49,425 nt of DNA from Intoshia linei (Eukaryota > Animalia > Orthonectida), in the NCBI GenBank assembly GCA_001642005.1, contig LWCA01000128.1, forward strand, positions 1-49,425. The letters are read 5' to 3'. Made by a program: the position numbers and the translations under genes. The notes beneath the pieces were generated by a model. The model searched no databases. It saw only the letters and a program-made list of their open reading frames with translations, and was not told the DNA's origin. Positions 13,733 through 27,712 of the stretch are shown here, one piece after another. The stretch's first letter is position 1; each line of letters begins with the position of its first letter.

Positions 13733-16700
13733 TCATGATAATTTAAAATGACGTACCATTTCTTGGAGACAATGTGGAGTGTGATCAGTGAAGGAATTAT
13801 TTGATAAAGTAATTACATTGAATTTATCATTTTCTTCGAAATTGACATTGTAGCCACTATAATTAATTAAATTAAGTTTTCAAATATAAACTTTTTATGT
13901 TTTCCCGTAATGTATAAGATTTTTCCGGGAAGATAAAACTTTTCATCTACATAGGTTTCATCTATTTGGACGTAATCCTCATTGGCGTTTCTGTTAGTGT
14001 CGGTGAAAAATGAATTGTGGTGTGAAGTATTTTGGTAGTATTTTGTAACTTTTTTTTTTTTAAGAAAAAGTATTTCCAACTAAAATGAAAACTACTTTTA
14101 AAAAATACAAAAATACCTTTTTAAACGGACATTCGCTGATTAGATTGGAAATTCTTTTACATGCACGTTTTAAGGACTGTAAAGATAATCTATTTATGCA
14201 TTAAAAGTGTTACATTTGCAATACCTTGATATAATATCATTTCTAATTACAGTAGTCGTTATGAATGTTTTTGTATATTCCAGCATCTCTTTTCTGCAAA
14301 ATATTTAATGAATTTGATAAATTACTCAATCAATCCGTTAGGACATGCATAACAGTAAGCTTTGGTTTTTGGGTGAATCGCTTTGATTAATATTGACAAA
14401 ACTGCAGCTGTGGCTGCTCCCAGTGAATGCCCAACAATTACTATGGTATAATCCTGAATATTATTTAAATATAATTAAAATTATAAACCGGAAACTGACG
14501 CGTCACATCAACAAACAATCCCTTTTTAATTAATATCTCCTTTATTTTCACTGCAGCATTGACCATTCCCTAAAAAAAATACAATTATAAACACTTAATA
14601 TTACTTCGTGGCCAATTTTTATACTTTGATTCGTTTCGTCTATATTCATGACAGTGGATTTGGCTGAAAGGTCAATCAGTAAATCCTAACTTATTATTAA
14701 CAAAATGTAAATACAAAACATTGTAATTACATTTAGAGACATTGTGCCTCTGATTGAAATTATAACATCTTTTTTTGGGTGATCTAAAGCTACATAAAAA
14801 GCGGGACTGTCTAACTAAAATATTCATCAATATTATTTTATACAATAATTAATCACCTCATAGTTAACGTAAAGAATATCTGTAAAATTCAGACCAGTCA
14901 CTCTGAGAATTGTGTTTAGTGTTTGTTGAGAAACATTTCCCTCGACGGAATTCGAACTTTTTTTAAATATCTGACTTTTAGAACTAAAATACACCAAGTT
15001 GTAAAATAACAAAAGGAATACCTTTTACGGATAGATTGGTATAGATACTCGAAAGGGTCCACTGAAAACATGTAAGCCCAACCATAAGTTGCCAGTACAT
15101 ATTTCACATAATATTGAGATAACAAAAAATGTTGCTTCAGAGAATGGATATCTGTATTCTAAACCTTGTTAAAATAAAAATATATAAAAAACTTGCATCT
15201 TTTTTTGCAGGTAGAGGAGATGAAATGTTGTAATCACAAATTCTCATGATAAAAAGGCCTGCTAAGATGTCACCAAACACTATATTGTCGTTTCGAAACA
15301 GGGATGTCATAATTTCTGCAACCATTTCCATTAAAGCCTAAAATACACATTACTTTTCTACAAAGTTATTTTATAGGTAAATATAAAAAATCCATATACA
15401 AATATTAAATTTTCTAAAATTTAAATAACCAAAAATTTTTAATTATTTATTATTATATATTTTAATTTTTAAATAATTTACTATTCCTATTTGATATTGA
15501 TTGATACATCTCAACAGTATGGATAAAAATTAATATTGACAACTGATGATTATATGACAAGTAAATTTTCAGTCAACAAAAACAAAATTTTATAAGTTTG
15601 ATTTCAATCAGTAAAAACAATGTTTAATTTAAATTTATTTTATAAAATATTTCGAAAAGTCGCTGCCAGGAAGGACCATCGCTGATAACTGATACATACG
15701 CAACTCTTATATAATAATGTGCAGTCCTTCGTTCCCAAATACAAATGTAATGGAGTAATCTTACATTAACGAATACAGTTGAAATAAACCTCTTTATTGT
15801 CACTCTGAGTACAACAAAATAGTAATCGAATACGTTTTTTCCAAGATGTATGAGTTTTACCACTAAAAATACATTATATTTTATGCCAATTCTCAATATT
15901 TTTTACAAGTAATCTGAAGAGATCAGAAGACGGTACCTAAAAATATTTTAAATTTTCATCATACATTACACTTTTGTACTCAAATCTTGTCCTAAATAAT
16001 TGATCTGACAAAACGCGAGCTTACTTGGTATAAATGCACACGTTCAATTTTGAAGGTTAAATAAAATTTATTTCAAAGAAAAATGATGAAAGAAATGACC
16101 ACCATGATTAAACAAGATTGTCACGCATAGCATTAAAATTTCCAACTTATATTCACCCCTTAAAAGTGTTTGTTACTACAAAACCAAAAAATAATACATG
16201 TACCAAAATTAATAGTTTTGTTTGGTTGCGATCACTAGGCTATATGCTGACAATCTAGCTTAAATATTACTACAATGTTTCATTAGCTTTTGAGACTCTA
16301 CCATAAGGCACATACAAGGTCCAAACCGAAACAGCGACATACATAAATACGACAATTTCATATAAAACAGTTCCTAAAATTAAAATAAAAAATATTTACA
16401 CTTCACATTACCTATTCCAGCATAAATCAACAAATTATATTTTATTGGAACTTGAAACAGAAAAAATAATAAAATAAAAGCCGTCCAAATAATTTCAAAA
16501 ATGTAAATGACTAAAATTTGAAATATATATATTATAAATATTTATTGAATGCAATACTTTGTATATACATTTCAATATTAATTTACCTAAACGGGTATAT
16601 AAAAATATAGGAATTAGAGTACGTTTGCGATGTTCATAAATAGCACCTCGATAGCTAATTAGGGCAATCATTAATTGGAGGACGATAGATATCGATAAAA

Positions 16701-17447
16701 AAATCATAATAAGTAAAATCAAATTCCAAAATGTGTTATTTATTCCATCATGTGAATATTTTGAGCTTATTGGAAACAATATGCTAAAAATGTAAATAAA
16801 TGTATATGTATTAACCATCACATTTAACATTTTCAATTTAAATATAGAATTCTCTCTAATTCGACAATATTGTGACTTGGCATTTTTGACGCCTGGTCCC
16901 TTTTTTAATAAAATTTAGATAACACTTTTCCCAAAAATGTGAGTAACGTATAAGGTTGGCTAATAACAAAACTGCAGTGATAGCGACAATACGAATGTAC
17001 ATTTGAGGATAAATTTGAATATCATAACTACAGTGTATTCATGTTTTGGTAGTAAATTTAAAATATAAATCAAGACCGTTGAAGAGGTCCGCTGGAAGCA
17101 ATGACACAACGTATCGTTTGTCAAAATTTTTAATAATTACATTACCAACAGACGAAAATAAAGACCAGTCTATTATACATTGAAAATCTAATTTAATGTA
17201 CATGTAATGTTTATTATTAATAATATTGTAATGTAATTATATACAAAATCACCAGATGTATAACACGAAATCAACAATAAAGTATTGCTTAATATTTAAA
17301 ATACAGTTAGGTAAATAAATAAAATAGACAAAATGATTTAAATAACCTCAACACCACAGCCACAATTATGCACCATATAATCATTGGAACAGTAAAGTCA
17401 TCAGAAGAAATGTTCCATCTCCTTTTAAACAAAATTAACATGGACAT
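13733..17447 (-). CDS. sn1-specific diacylglycerol lipase (DAGL beta-like length, Lipase_3), multi-exon
   Basis: N-terminus MSMLILFKRRWNISSDDFTVP. TM exon with ISYRGAIYE. FRNDNIVFGDILAGL, LATYGW, ISIRGTMS, nucleophile motif VIVGHSLGAATA (~14420) and FYLPGKILYI. Confidence 0.9.
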
Positions 17448-18049
17448 TTTGAGAGTAAATACAAAATGTACAAAAATGAAAAATTTATTTCATTACCTAG
17501 TTGTGTAAAATGCACATGGAAATAAAATTGCGCATTTACAATTTTAAGTTAAAATTTTTAACTGCTTTCGCCACTAATTGGCTATATTGGATTATAATCA
17601 AGTTGTATTAGACTGTGAGTCGATTTATTTAAAATTTGTTTTTTGAATTGAATGACAAGATAAATATATATACTGTACGTTTAATTTTTTGGAAATTGTT
17701 GACATGTTTGATATTGACGTATAAACATTATTTCTAATAATTAAATTTATGAAAAATTTTGATACAATATGTTCTATTTTTATAAAATTTATTGTACTAA
17801 TGCAGCAGATTCTAAAAAATTTCCTCAAATAAAATGTAAAAATGTGAAAATAAACGTTAAAATAAATTTAAATAAGGTTACATAAACAAATAAATTATTT
17901 CGTTATTTTACTATAATACTGATTTATTGATGTAAATAGATATTATTGGCGTTTGTTGTGAATCTACAATCTATATAATTTTTTAAAATTTGTCTAAGTG
18001 TTAATTAATATACGACTGTAATTTTAACTGTAATTTGATTAACCTAAAA

Positions 18050-19248
18050 CAGGGTGGTCCAAAGCATGGCACGAGGGACGCATGCGACCCGCCACATTGA
18101 TTAGTAATATATTTTGAAAACCATTAACTTCAGAAATATCATAATTACCACATTAAATAGCATTAATTTAAATTTTTTAGAAATAATTACATCTTTCTGT
18201 ACTAATTATTCTCAACTTCTTACTTTTTGTACTTCACGATAATAATTTTAACTTTTTGGACCTTTTGTACGATTATCCTAACTTATATACAACTCTATAT
18301 TTGTCTGTGTGTTATCGTTTATTTCAATAAGTAAGATAAATTTCAATCTCAGAAACTTACAGCTTATCGGTCAAAAACCCCAATTATTTTTTTTTTGAAA
18401 ATCAAACGAGTTCTACAATTTACAAAAATATACACTCTCATACAGATTTAATATCATAAATTTTAATTTAAAAAAAAATATATATTCAGGACCAAAAACC
18501 CAAATCACCCTTTTTTAAAAACATTAATTTTCCTATAATTTTAAAGAAAATTACAATTTATAGTTATCTCCAGTTAATACACACAAAAAACATACGGGAT
18601 TTTTTTAATTTATTTTCAAAAGACTTTATGATATTTTTTGGATAAAATTTTTTACCATATTTCAAAGGGTTTTTTGATAATCTTTTTTTTATCAGCGAGG
18701 TTTTTAGTGAAATTTTTTTGTACGAAATTTTAAAAAGGGTTTTTGGGAAATTTTTTCAAAAAAACCGAATAGTCCCAGAATTTAAAAAAAGATCACATTT
18801 AATACTGCTTTTTCCAGTTAAAATATATAAAAAGTTTCAATGTTAAGTTAAGATTTCATGTTCAAAAAAAAAATTTACTGTTTCCCCTTTTTTGTTGGAA
18901 ATTAATTATGACAATTTGATATAATTAATAGTCCAAGAATTTAAAAATAAAAATTGTCTTGACACGTTTGGGAATCATTACTTTAAAGTATTGGTCATAG
19001 TTATAGTGAATAGTGCAATTTTTATGTAATATTTTATTTTTTGGTAGAAGTGTAAAAGTTAAACTCTGCAGAGCTAGGTGCTGTTTGTACGAAGTACAAA
19101 ACAGTGTCATAAAAACTGTAAATTTTATTTTGTATAATAAAAATTTAAAATAAATATATTAAAACCAAAAATTCTTAAAATTTTTTTGTCCGGCCCACCA
19201 TTTTATATAACAATCCGGCCCGCTATCACAGAAAGTTGCCCATCTCTG
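18050..19248. mobile_element. hAT (Charlie-like) MITE interrupted by a Helitron copy
   Basis: Ends cagggtggtccaaag and aaagttgcccatctctg, with subterminal (c)ggccc(g/a)c motifs. Flanks acctaaaa/acttagac may be a degenerate TSD. Confidence 0.55.
18276..19110 (+). mobile_element. Non-autonomous Helitron copy (diverged subfamily)
   Basis: 5' A|TCctaacttatatac...tgtctgtgtgttatcgtttatttcaata. 3' gcagagctaggtg plus hairpin ctgtttgtac-gaa-gtacaaaacag. No clean terminal CTAG. Confidence 0.7.
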
Positions 19249-19863
19249 ACTTAGACTAAGTAATACTTACTCTTAGTATGCATTAAATATTACGGCTTGT
19301 ATTTTCCATTTTACTGTATCAATTTTTATGAATATTCTGATATGAATAATTTGGATTTGGGTGAATATTGTTGGGATACTCATCTGAGATAAAAACAATG
19401 AAAACGTGACATTTGGATAATTTGTAAATTAAATTTTATTGACTGATATTTAGTACTGTTAGAAATGATTTAAAATTAAAATTATCGCGATTTAATGTAC
19501 TTAGACAAAAGTACATGAGTACCTTATCATAAGGCAACATGTTTAGTGGGGCTCAATACACAATTTGAGCCTTATATTTTGCTATATAGGAGTGTTTTTA
19601 AATTTAAATTCTTGATTTTTAAAATATTTATTGTTTTGATATAGATGATATTTGCTGCTGAAATTATTTGCATTTCAGTTTTATCCAAAAAAATACGGCT
19701 CGTAGTGTCTAAGGGTTAGTTAAACATGAAATAAACTAAATGTAACTTGCATTTAAGTACGACATCCAAGTTACACCCAACCACTCAATGTGCACTTTAT
19801 TTTAGCATTGTTAATTAGAAACATAAATTAGATTGTATCCTTTTTTAATATTTAAAACCACAA

Positions 19864-22800
19864 ATGGATGACCTTATAAAATTAATGAATGAAGTTCAGA
19901 ATATAATGAACATTGTAGGTGGAGAAGTGATAAATTTACCTCAAATTGTAGTCATTGGAATTCAGGTTTGTCTCTATAACATAAATTTACGACCACATTC
20001 AGAGTTCTGGAAAATCTTCAGTATTAGAAGGTATTGTGGGCAAAAGTTTTCTACCACGCGGTACTGGAGTCGTCACTCGAAGGCCACTCGTTTTACAGTT
20101 AATTAAAATTTCAGATGAACCTGAATCTAGAATAATCAATGGAGGTTTTTTAATTTTTTAATTTTTAATTAAATTTAAATGTTCGTACTACATTATATCA
20201 TTAGATGTTGTAAATGAAGAAGAATTTGGTATTTTTTTGCATAAACCAGAAACAATATTCAGTAATTTCGATGATATAAAAAGTGAAATAATTTCATGTA
20301 CTGAGGAAATTGCTGGAACAAACAAAGGCATAGTTGATGAACCAATAACACTTAAAATATTTTCAAAAAATGTTGTGAATTTAACCTTGGTTGATTTACC
20401 AGGTATTACCAAAATACCCATTGGTGACCAACCTGCTGACATTGAAGTTCAATTACGTCAAATGTGTTTACGATATATAAAAAACAAAAAATCTATTATA
20501 CTGGCAGTTACAGCCGCAAATACTGATATAGCTACCTCTGATGCTATTAAATTTGCCAAAGAAGTAGACCCTGATGGTATTTTTCACTTTTCATTTTATT
20601 TTTTTAGTGTTGATATGCACAATCATTTATAGTTCAGTATCTGGTCTATCCCGGGCATATCAAAATAATTTACATTAAACAAACATCAGTGTTTGTAAAA
20701 ATATAACTACCTAAATGCAATAGGGTTAATATATTATAAATTTGTAGTTAATTTTATATCTTTTTTAATTTGAATCGAAAAAGGTGTTGTAAATGTAGTC
20801 TGTTCATTTATTATTCTTTTATTTTAGGATACAGAACAATTGTAGTCGTTTCTAAGTTGGATTTAATGGACCAAGGAACTGACGCTTTGGATGTACTTAC
20901 AGGAAAAATAATTCCTGTGAAATTAGGCATTATTGGTGTTGTAAATCGAAGTCAATCTGATATTAATTGTAGCAAGGTTTACTATATTTTACTCCACAAT
21001 GTAGAGTCCACATTTTTAATCTTAATCCTAAAATTTGAAAAATATTGGTTGATAATTATCAAAATATTAAAAGTTATTTTTCACCGGGAATGCGTAGATT
21101 TCTGGGCTTGAAATTTTGTGTCTGTATCAACTGGAATAAGCTGTATGAGAATAACTTTTTTTAATTCAAAGACCGTTAATTATTTCAAATTTTTTGTATT
21201 AATAAATTCCAAATTAGTTAGTGTAGTTACAAAATAAAAAAATGAAAACCAGGTGCTTTTTTTACAGTGAAGGATAACTTTGTGAAATTAATTTTTTGTG
21301 TGTTTAAACTGGATATAACTGTATCAACTGTATTTTTTTAAATTATAAAACTATTTTCATTTTATAAAAAAAGATAATCTGAGGTTTTGATCATGAAAAT
21401 CTACTTTTTAGGGTTTGCCATTTATGATTTTAAACACTATCCCATAATTTACGTTGTATAAACTTTTAGGACTTCTTTTATTTTTAAAAAAAAGGTAATT
21501 TTGGGTTTTGGTTTTGGTAGTGAAGGTAGCAGCTTTTGGAATTGAAATTGATCATAATGTTGATGATTTTAAAATTTTTATCTAATTGTGCTTTTTTTAT
21601 AATTCTAGGGCTCGTTTATTTTTAAAAAAAGGATAATTTGAGTTTTTGACCTTGAAGGACTCAATTTCTAAAAATGACATTTGCAATAAAATCTAATAGA
21701 CGAAAGTTAGTATTGTGAAAATTCTAAGTATCTTATGTTTTAGACTTATAAACTGGAAGAAACAAATAATTAAATAAAAAGACATACATTTTTAACTAAA
21801 TTTTTTTATATAACACTGGTCAACAAAATGAAAACTTTTTTCGAAGATCTGTATGATGTGTATATCATTAAATAGCTGAAATTTTTGTGATATACACTGT
21901 AGAGTCTACATGATATTTTACTTTTATATTTTTCAAATCGCTTACATGTAGTATAAATAATGTATAAAGTGATATTTTTTATTTGTAAGGTTAATTTTTC
22001 ACGCAGAAAAATCTTATGATATTTGAATACACGATAACTTAATAATAAATAAATTATAGGTACCCAATAATTAACTGACCACTGACTCTTTAACAGATCG
22101 AAAATTTTGATCAGGTTATAGTAGACATTTAAAGGGGTATATTCAACTATCTAAATTCAAGAAAGTAAGGGGAGTTGAGTTTTACAAATTCCATATTGTT
22201 ATAACAGTTTTTTCAGAACATAATGATGTTTTATCGCAAATTTCAATTATAGAAATTGAGTCCTTCAAGGTTAAAAACCCCAATTGTCATTTGTTTTTAA
22301 ATTCAAAACCGTCCTAGAAATATAAGACCTAGAACCCGTCTTCAGTATATATATCGTTCGCACTCGAATCATTAATTTAATTTTTAATGGATTGATTTCT
22401 AAATTTTCAATTTTCCCCTATGAGGGAATTACCCTTGTTGAGAACCACTGCTCAAAACGGAAAGCAACATACACATCTAGATCTATATAGTTATTTTTTA
22501 ATAATTCATATTCACTAAAGTCGGGGAAGTTATGTGAAAAAAGTTCAAAATGTTTGTTATCTCGAAGTATATTTATTAATTAAATATAATTTTAATTGAG
22601 TTGAAATATATTAAAAAATTAATTAATAATAATAAAATTAAATTAAATAATGATTATTTTATTTTTAGTCTGTGGAAGATGGACTCAAGAAGGAGGAAAT
22701 GTTTCTTAAAAAAAAATATCCACGTTTAGGCGGTTTGTGTGGATCTGTATATCTTTCAAAATACTTAAATAAGGTATAATGATTAATTTTTTTATAATTT

Positions 22801-25800
22801 GTAACGTTTAGATTTTAATGAAACACATAAAAACCCATTTACCCGATTTAAGACTTCGTATGTCAACTATGGTCACTTATTATACAAATTCTCTAAAAAA
22901 TTATACCGCGGAAATTTTGGACGAGGTTAAAAATGTAAAACTTGATAATTTTTATTTAGCCACAATTTATTTTGGAAATTATCTCAAAATTGTGCTTTAA
23001 ATTTACTAAAACATTAAATGGATTATCCGATAATTTAGATATAACTGAATTGTACAATTTTATATATTGCATTTAAAATTATTTACCAAGATGCGGTGGT
23101 GCACGGATTTGTTACATTTTTCATAATATTTTTGCTAAAACCATTATGAACATTAATGTTTTGCAGGATCTATCAAAGAAAAATATATTGACTGCTTTAC
23201 ACAATGCTACGGTATTTTATCTATTGTATATAATTATGATTTGTAGTTTGTTTTGTAATATTAATCATTTATTACAGGGCCCTAGACCTTCGCTGTATAT
23301 ACCAGAAGCGACCTTTGAATTACTAGCTAAAAAACAAATAATGTTACTAAAAAAACCATCTTTATCTTGCACATCTTTAGTTTTCAATGAAATCAATAGA
23401 ATCATGAAACTATGCATGTTACAGGTTTATAAAATTTTTACTTTTAGTATAAGATTTAGGTAAACATTAACCAATATCCCAATTTGGAGAAAAAAACATT
23501 ACATGTCTTTGATAAACTCTTAAATGAACGTTTACCTATTACAGAAACAATGGTTTCCTTTAAATTAATATTTTATTTCATTTTTTATGATTTAGGTTAA
23601 TAATTTAATTGAAATTGAATTAGCTTATATAAATACACAACATCCCGATTTTGAAAATGTATTACATTCTTCTCCGGAACCTCAAGTCATTTTTTACATT
23701 ACTAGTATTAATATTATTTAGTCTAAAAAACAACCTGATTTTGATGATTTTGAATCTGTTAATAGTGAACACACAAAGGAGTCATTCGTTTCAAATCTTC
23801 AAGATGTTTAAAAAATTTATTATTTAGTTGATATTTTTTAGTTTCCACTTAAAATGAACCTTAGTAAAAAACAGAATCAAGTAATATTAATAGGTATTAT
23901 TTAATTATTATTATTATTTTATGCAGAATAATCAATATTTGTATTGGACTTGATAAACACTATTTTGTAAAGTGATTCATATACCCATCACGCATACCCA
24001 TTGCTAATGTGATACTGTAACAGACTTTTCAATATTATTTAATTTATAAATTTCGCGGACCACACTGGTTAAAATTTTTGTCTATCCTACTAATTTTTTA
24101 ATGTTACAAAATTACTTGGGGAAAATTACATTTAATTAAAATAAAAAAAATAAAAATATAATTAAATTAAAATTAATTTCATGTGTTTCATTAATGGGAC
24201 ACTAGATTTAATACAATATTGTGACTAAGTTATATCATGCTTTATTATTATAAAGATGAAATTTGATAAATTAAAATCTCCGTTTCATGGAATTGACATA
24301 TTTTTATTTTATTAATTAATTATATATATAATTAACGGTTGAATGTAGCTGAAAAAACATGTAAAAAAATTCATGTTTTGAAATAATTAATGTGCGGACA
24401 TTAAACGGTTAACTGTTTTTATCAAAATATGAATTTTTGGGATTTTTTCTAAATTGGAACCACAAAAAATTACACTGGGGTTACTTTGCATTAAAATATT
24501 AAATATTACGTTTAATAAAAACTTTTATCGATTTTGATTGTATTTTTTTAGAAAAATTGATTTCATCATATTTCAATGTGGTCCGAAAAAATATTATGGA
24601 TACTGTTCCCAAATGTATCATGCACTTTTTAGTCAACTTTGTGGAGAATAATTTACAAAGTTTACTTGTTAGAGAAATTTATGGGTAAATTTAATATAGA
24701 ATTAGAAATGACAAAATTTTAAAGATAGTGAATAATATGACCTTTTTTATAGTACTTAAGAGTGGTCGATCATGCGGGCCACAACACAAAATGTTGCACC
24801 CGTTGAATAATTATAATAAAATTTAATTTTGGAATTTTATAGACTTTTTTAAAATTAATAAAACCAAAGATAAAAATTGTCTACATATTTATAATTGTAA
24901 AAATTAAATGTGTAGAGATTTTCAGATTTATAAATACTAAAAATTAAAAATAGTGCTTTAACCAAAAGATGTGTTTAAAGCAGGGGTTCTCAAACTTTTT
25001 GAGCTATCGCCCCCTAGATTAAAAAAATTTAATTTTTTCAAGATTATCACCTTTTTAAAATATTTAATATGGATTATTTATTAATTATAATTAAAATTAA
25101 GCAATTTTTTTTTAATCGAATTGTGTCACATATGTATTATATTAATTTATGATATAGTAAAGGTCTTATTTTTGAACAGAATTTTAGAAATTTAGCAAAT
25201 TTTTTGTTTGACTTTTACGAATAATAATATTTTGATTTGAAATTGCAGAAATGACTTTACGCATTTTTATAAAAAAACTTTGTTGTCTTTTTTCTTAACA
25301 TAGACATTTTAAGCGCTTGGATTTAATACTTTAATACAAATTGAAGTTTCATTTCATGAATGCAATACGTATGTAATATATAAAGAAACTATAATATCAA
25401 TTAAAAAATATGTTTATTCTGAAAATAAATCGCCCCCAATATTCAAAAATCGCCTCAAATGGCGATATCGCCCAAGTTGAGGATCTGTTATTAAAATCGA
25501 CAACCGCTGTTATAAAAATAAAAACATTTTATCTGTTCACTGTTCAGGTCCATTTTTTTGAGTCTATCTAATAATAACATTCAATAATGTAGCGTGGTAA
25601 AAGTGTTTCAAAATGTTTTATAACGATGCGCAACGTCATATCACCCAAACTACTTCTACACAGGTCTGGACTTTACAGTTTAAATTTAACGCACAAAATC
25701 GTAGATTGTCAAAAATACAATTTTTTAATAAAGTGCTCAACTTAAAAAATAGGTCCCATTTTACAAAAATTTATTTGAGGACCTTCAAAAAGATATTTCG

Positions 25801-27508
25801 ATAAGATAGATTTGACTCTGCTATCGGTATTTACGATTATTAATTTTCCTTTTTAATATAATTTAACTTACATTTAAATTGAAAAAATATTTGTGGTAAA
25901 ATGCTATAATGTGTATGTGACCGGGAAGTGGTGAATTTCGGAGGTTAAAATTTAATCTCTATATTAAATGAAAGAAAACGGTCTTGTAAGTATTATTTTT
26001 TTAAATTCTAGATATTTTAATTAGTCAATATTGTTTTTTTAATTAATGAATTTTTCACAAAATTAAAAAATTAGTTTATTTTTGTGGAATAATTTATTGC
26101 AGAGTTGCCAGATGTTGGAATTTTACCCAAAAGCCTAGACTACAGCTAAATTATTTTTTTAAATAATGTTCTAGTAGTACCAACAAAGCGGACTACCCTT
26201 GCAAATGAGTGATTAATATTATCAAATTTAAAAGTAATTACCTAAATAAGCCGTTTAAAAGTAATAATAAACAAATATTACCTTTATGCAGAGGAGGTGA
26301 AGAGTAAAAATACTGACAGTCTATGACCGATGCACCCTTCCAATTTTGGCACTTCTTCCGTATCGTAAATACAAATATAAAACATTTTGAGTAAAATCGA
26401 TCAAAATTTATAAAAAAAGAATATATTAGTCCAATTACTAGTGAAGTGCTAGTTTTTCTTTGTAATTTACTAATAATAAGTCGAACTATTAGTCCAGAGC
26501 CGAACCTAACTGAGGCTGAGATTTAACAATGTTAATTGTTTTAAAACGCGTCCTAGAATTTACGTTTTTTTAAAAATTGTGCCAGTAGGTTTTTGACTCA
26601 ATTTCGGAAAATACAAATTAGATAAAAACATTCCCTGCGATTGTATTTGAATTTGTGGTTTTTTAATTCTAGGACTTAATTTTTGAAATAAACGGTGACA
26701 GACGCATAAAGACATTCAATTTTATATAACTTCTTTGTTTATACTGATGGTTGCAATTAATAAATTAATTTGTACCATTACCCTCGGTTTTTGACCACCT
26801 CGATTTTGGAGTTCTTTTTAATATTAGGGACTCAAAACGAGTTGATACTGTATTATAATGAGCATGAATTATCTTGATTATAATTATTATTTTATTTATT
26901 ATAAATCAATGCAATTTGTATTACATTGAAAATATTATATTATGTGCATTAATTTAATCTAATTTATTGTTTAAAATTGATTTGATTGATTATTTTAATT
27001 AACACACTTTTACTTGAATAATTTAAATTTAAAAAATATTATCCTTATAAGTGAATACTTGATAATTTAAATGTAAGATGAAAAACTTATTTTTATGTAG
27101 GTTATTTATGAGACATTATTTTGTAGATTATTAACATTTTTGTTATCCTGTTTTCTGCAACTTTTCCAGTTTTTTATGTAAAATTTGTGTCGTTAAATTC
27201 TCCTATTTATAATGTTAAAATTTAATTTATTTTGGTAGTGTAAATAAACATTTAAAATTGTAAATTTTTGTAAAATGTAAGTTTTAAGTTAAATTTAACT
27301 TAAAAGGATAATTGTATTTAAGTATCAAATAACTGCCCATAATTTTTAGTAATAAAAGTCAAGACTTGTTTGAACAATCCGAAATGGTAGTCAAGAATCG
27401 AGCACGAGATAAACAGATGCTTAGTGTGGGTAAATCTGTTTCTCATTTAATAAGTTTTAGGCCTTGGAAACCTGCAATAAAAAAATTAACAGCATCAGTA
27501 ATGTTTGA
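19864..27508 (+). CDS. DNM1L: Dynamin-related protein 1 (Drp1/DNM1L-like), multi-exon
   Basis: G1 [49 protein letters not shown], Drp1-type [16 protein letters not shown], middle domain ([12 protein letters not shown]) and GED ([24 protein letters not shown]). No PH/PRD seen. Stop at 27506-27508. Confidence 0.88.
20985..21810 (-). mobile_element. Helitron family copy in Drp1 intron
   Basis: Collinear with 2930-3600 (ttcaccgggaatgcgt.gatttctggg.ttgaaattttg...aactggaataagct). Confidence 0.7.
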
Positions 27509-27712
27509 TTTGTACATTTGTTTATAAATAAATATTTTTGATTATTATTTGGCCCGGGGACAGTCGTAATGTATTTGGCCTATTAAATAGCTGTATAAAT
27601 ATTTGTTTACATTGAGAAATAAAGTAGAGTGAATATTTATTTTGAACAATTTAAATTTATTTAAAAGTATAATTTATGCTATTTTTTTCGTTTCTATTTG
27701 TTCGAAGACACC

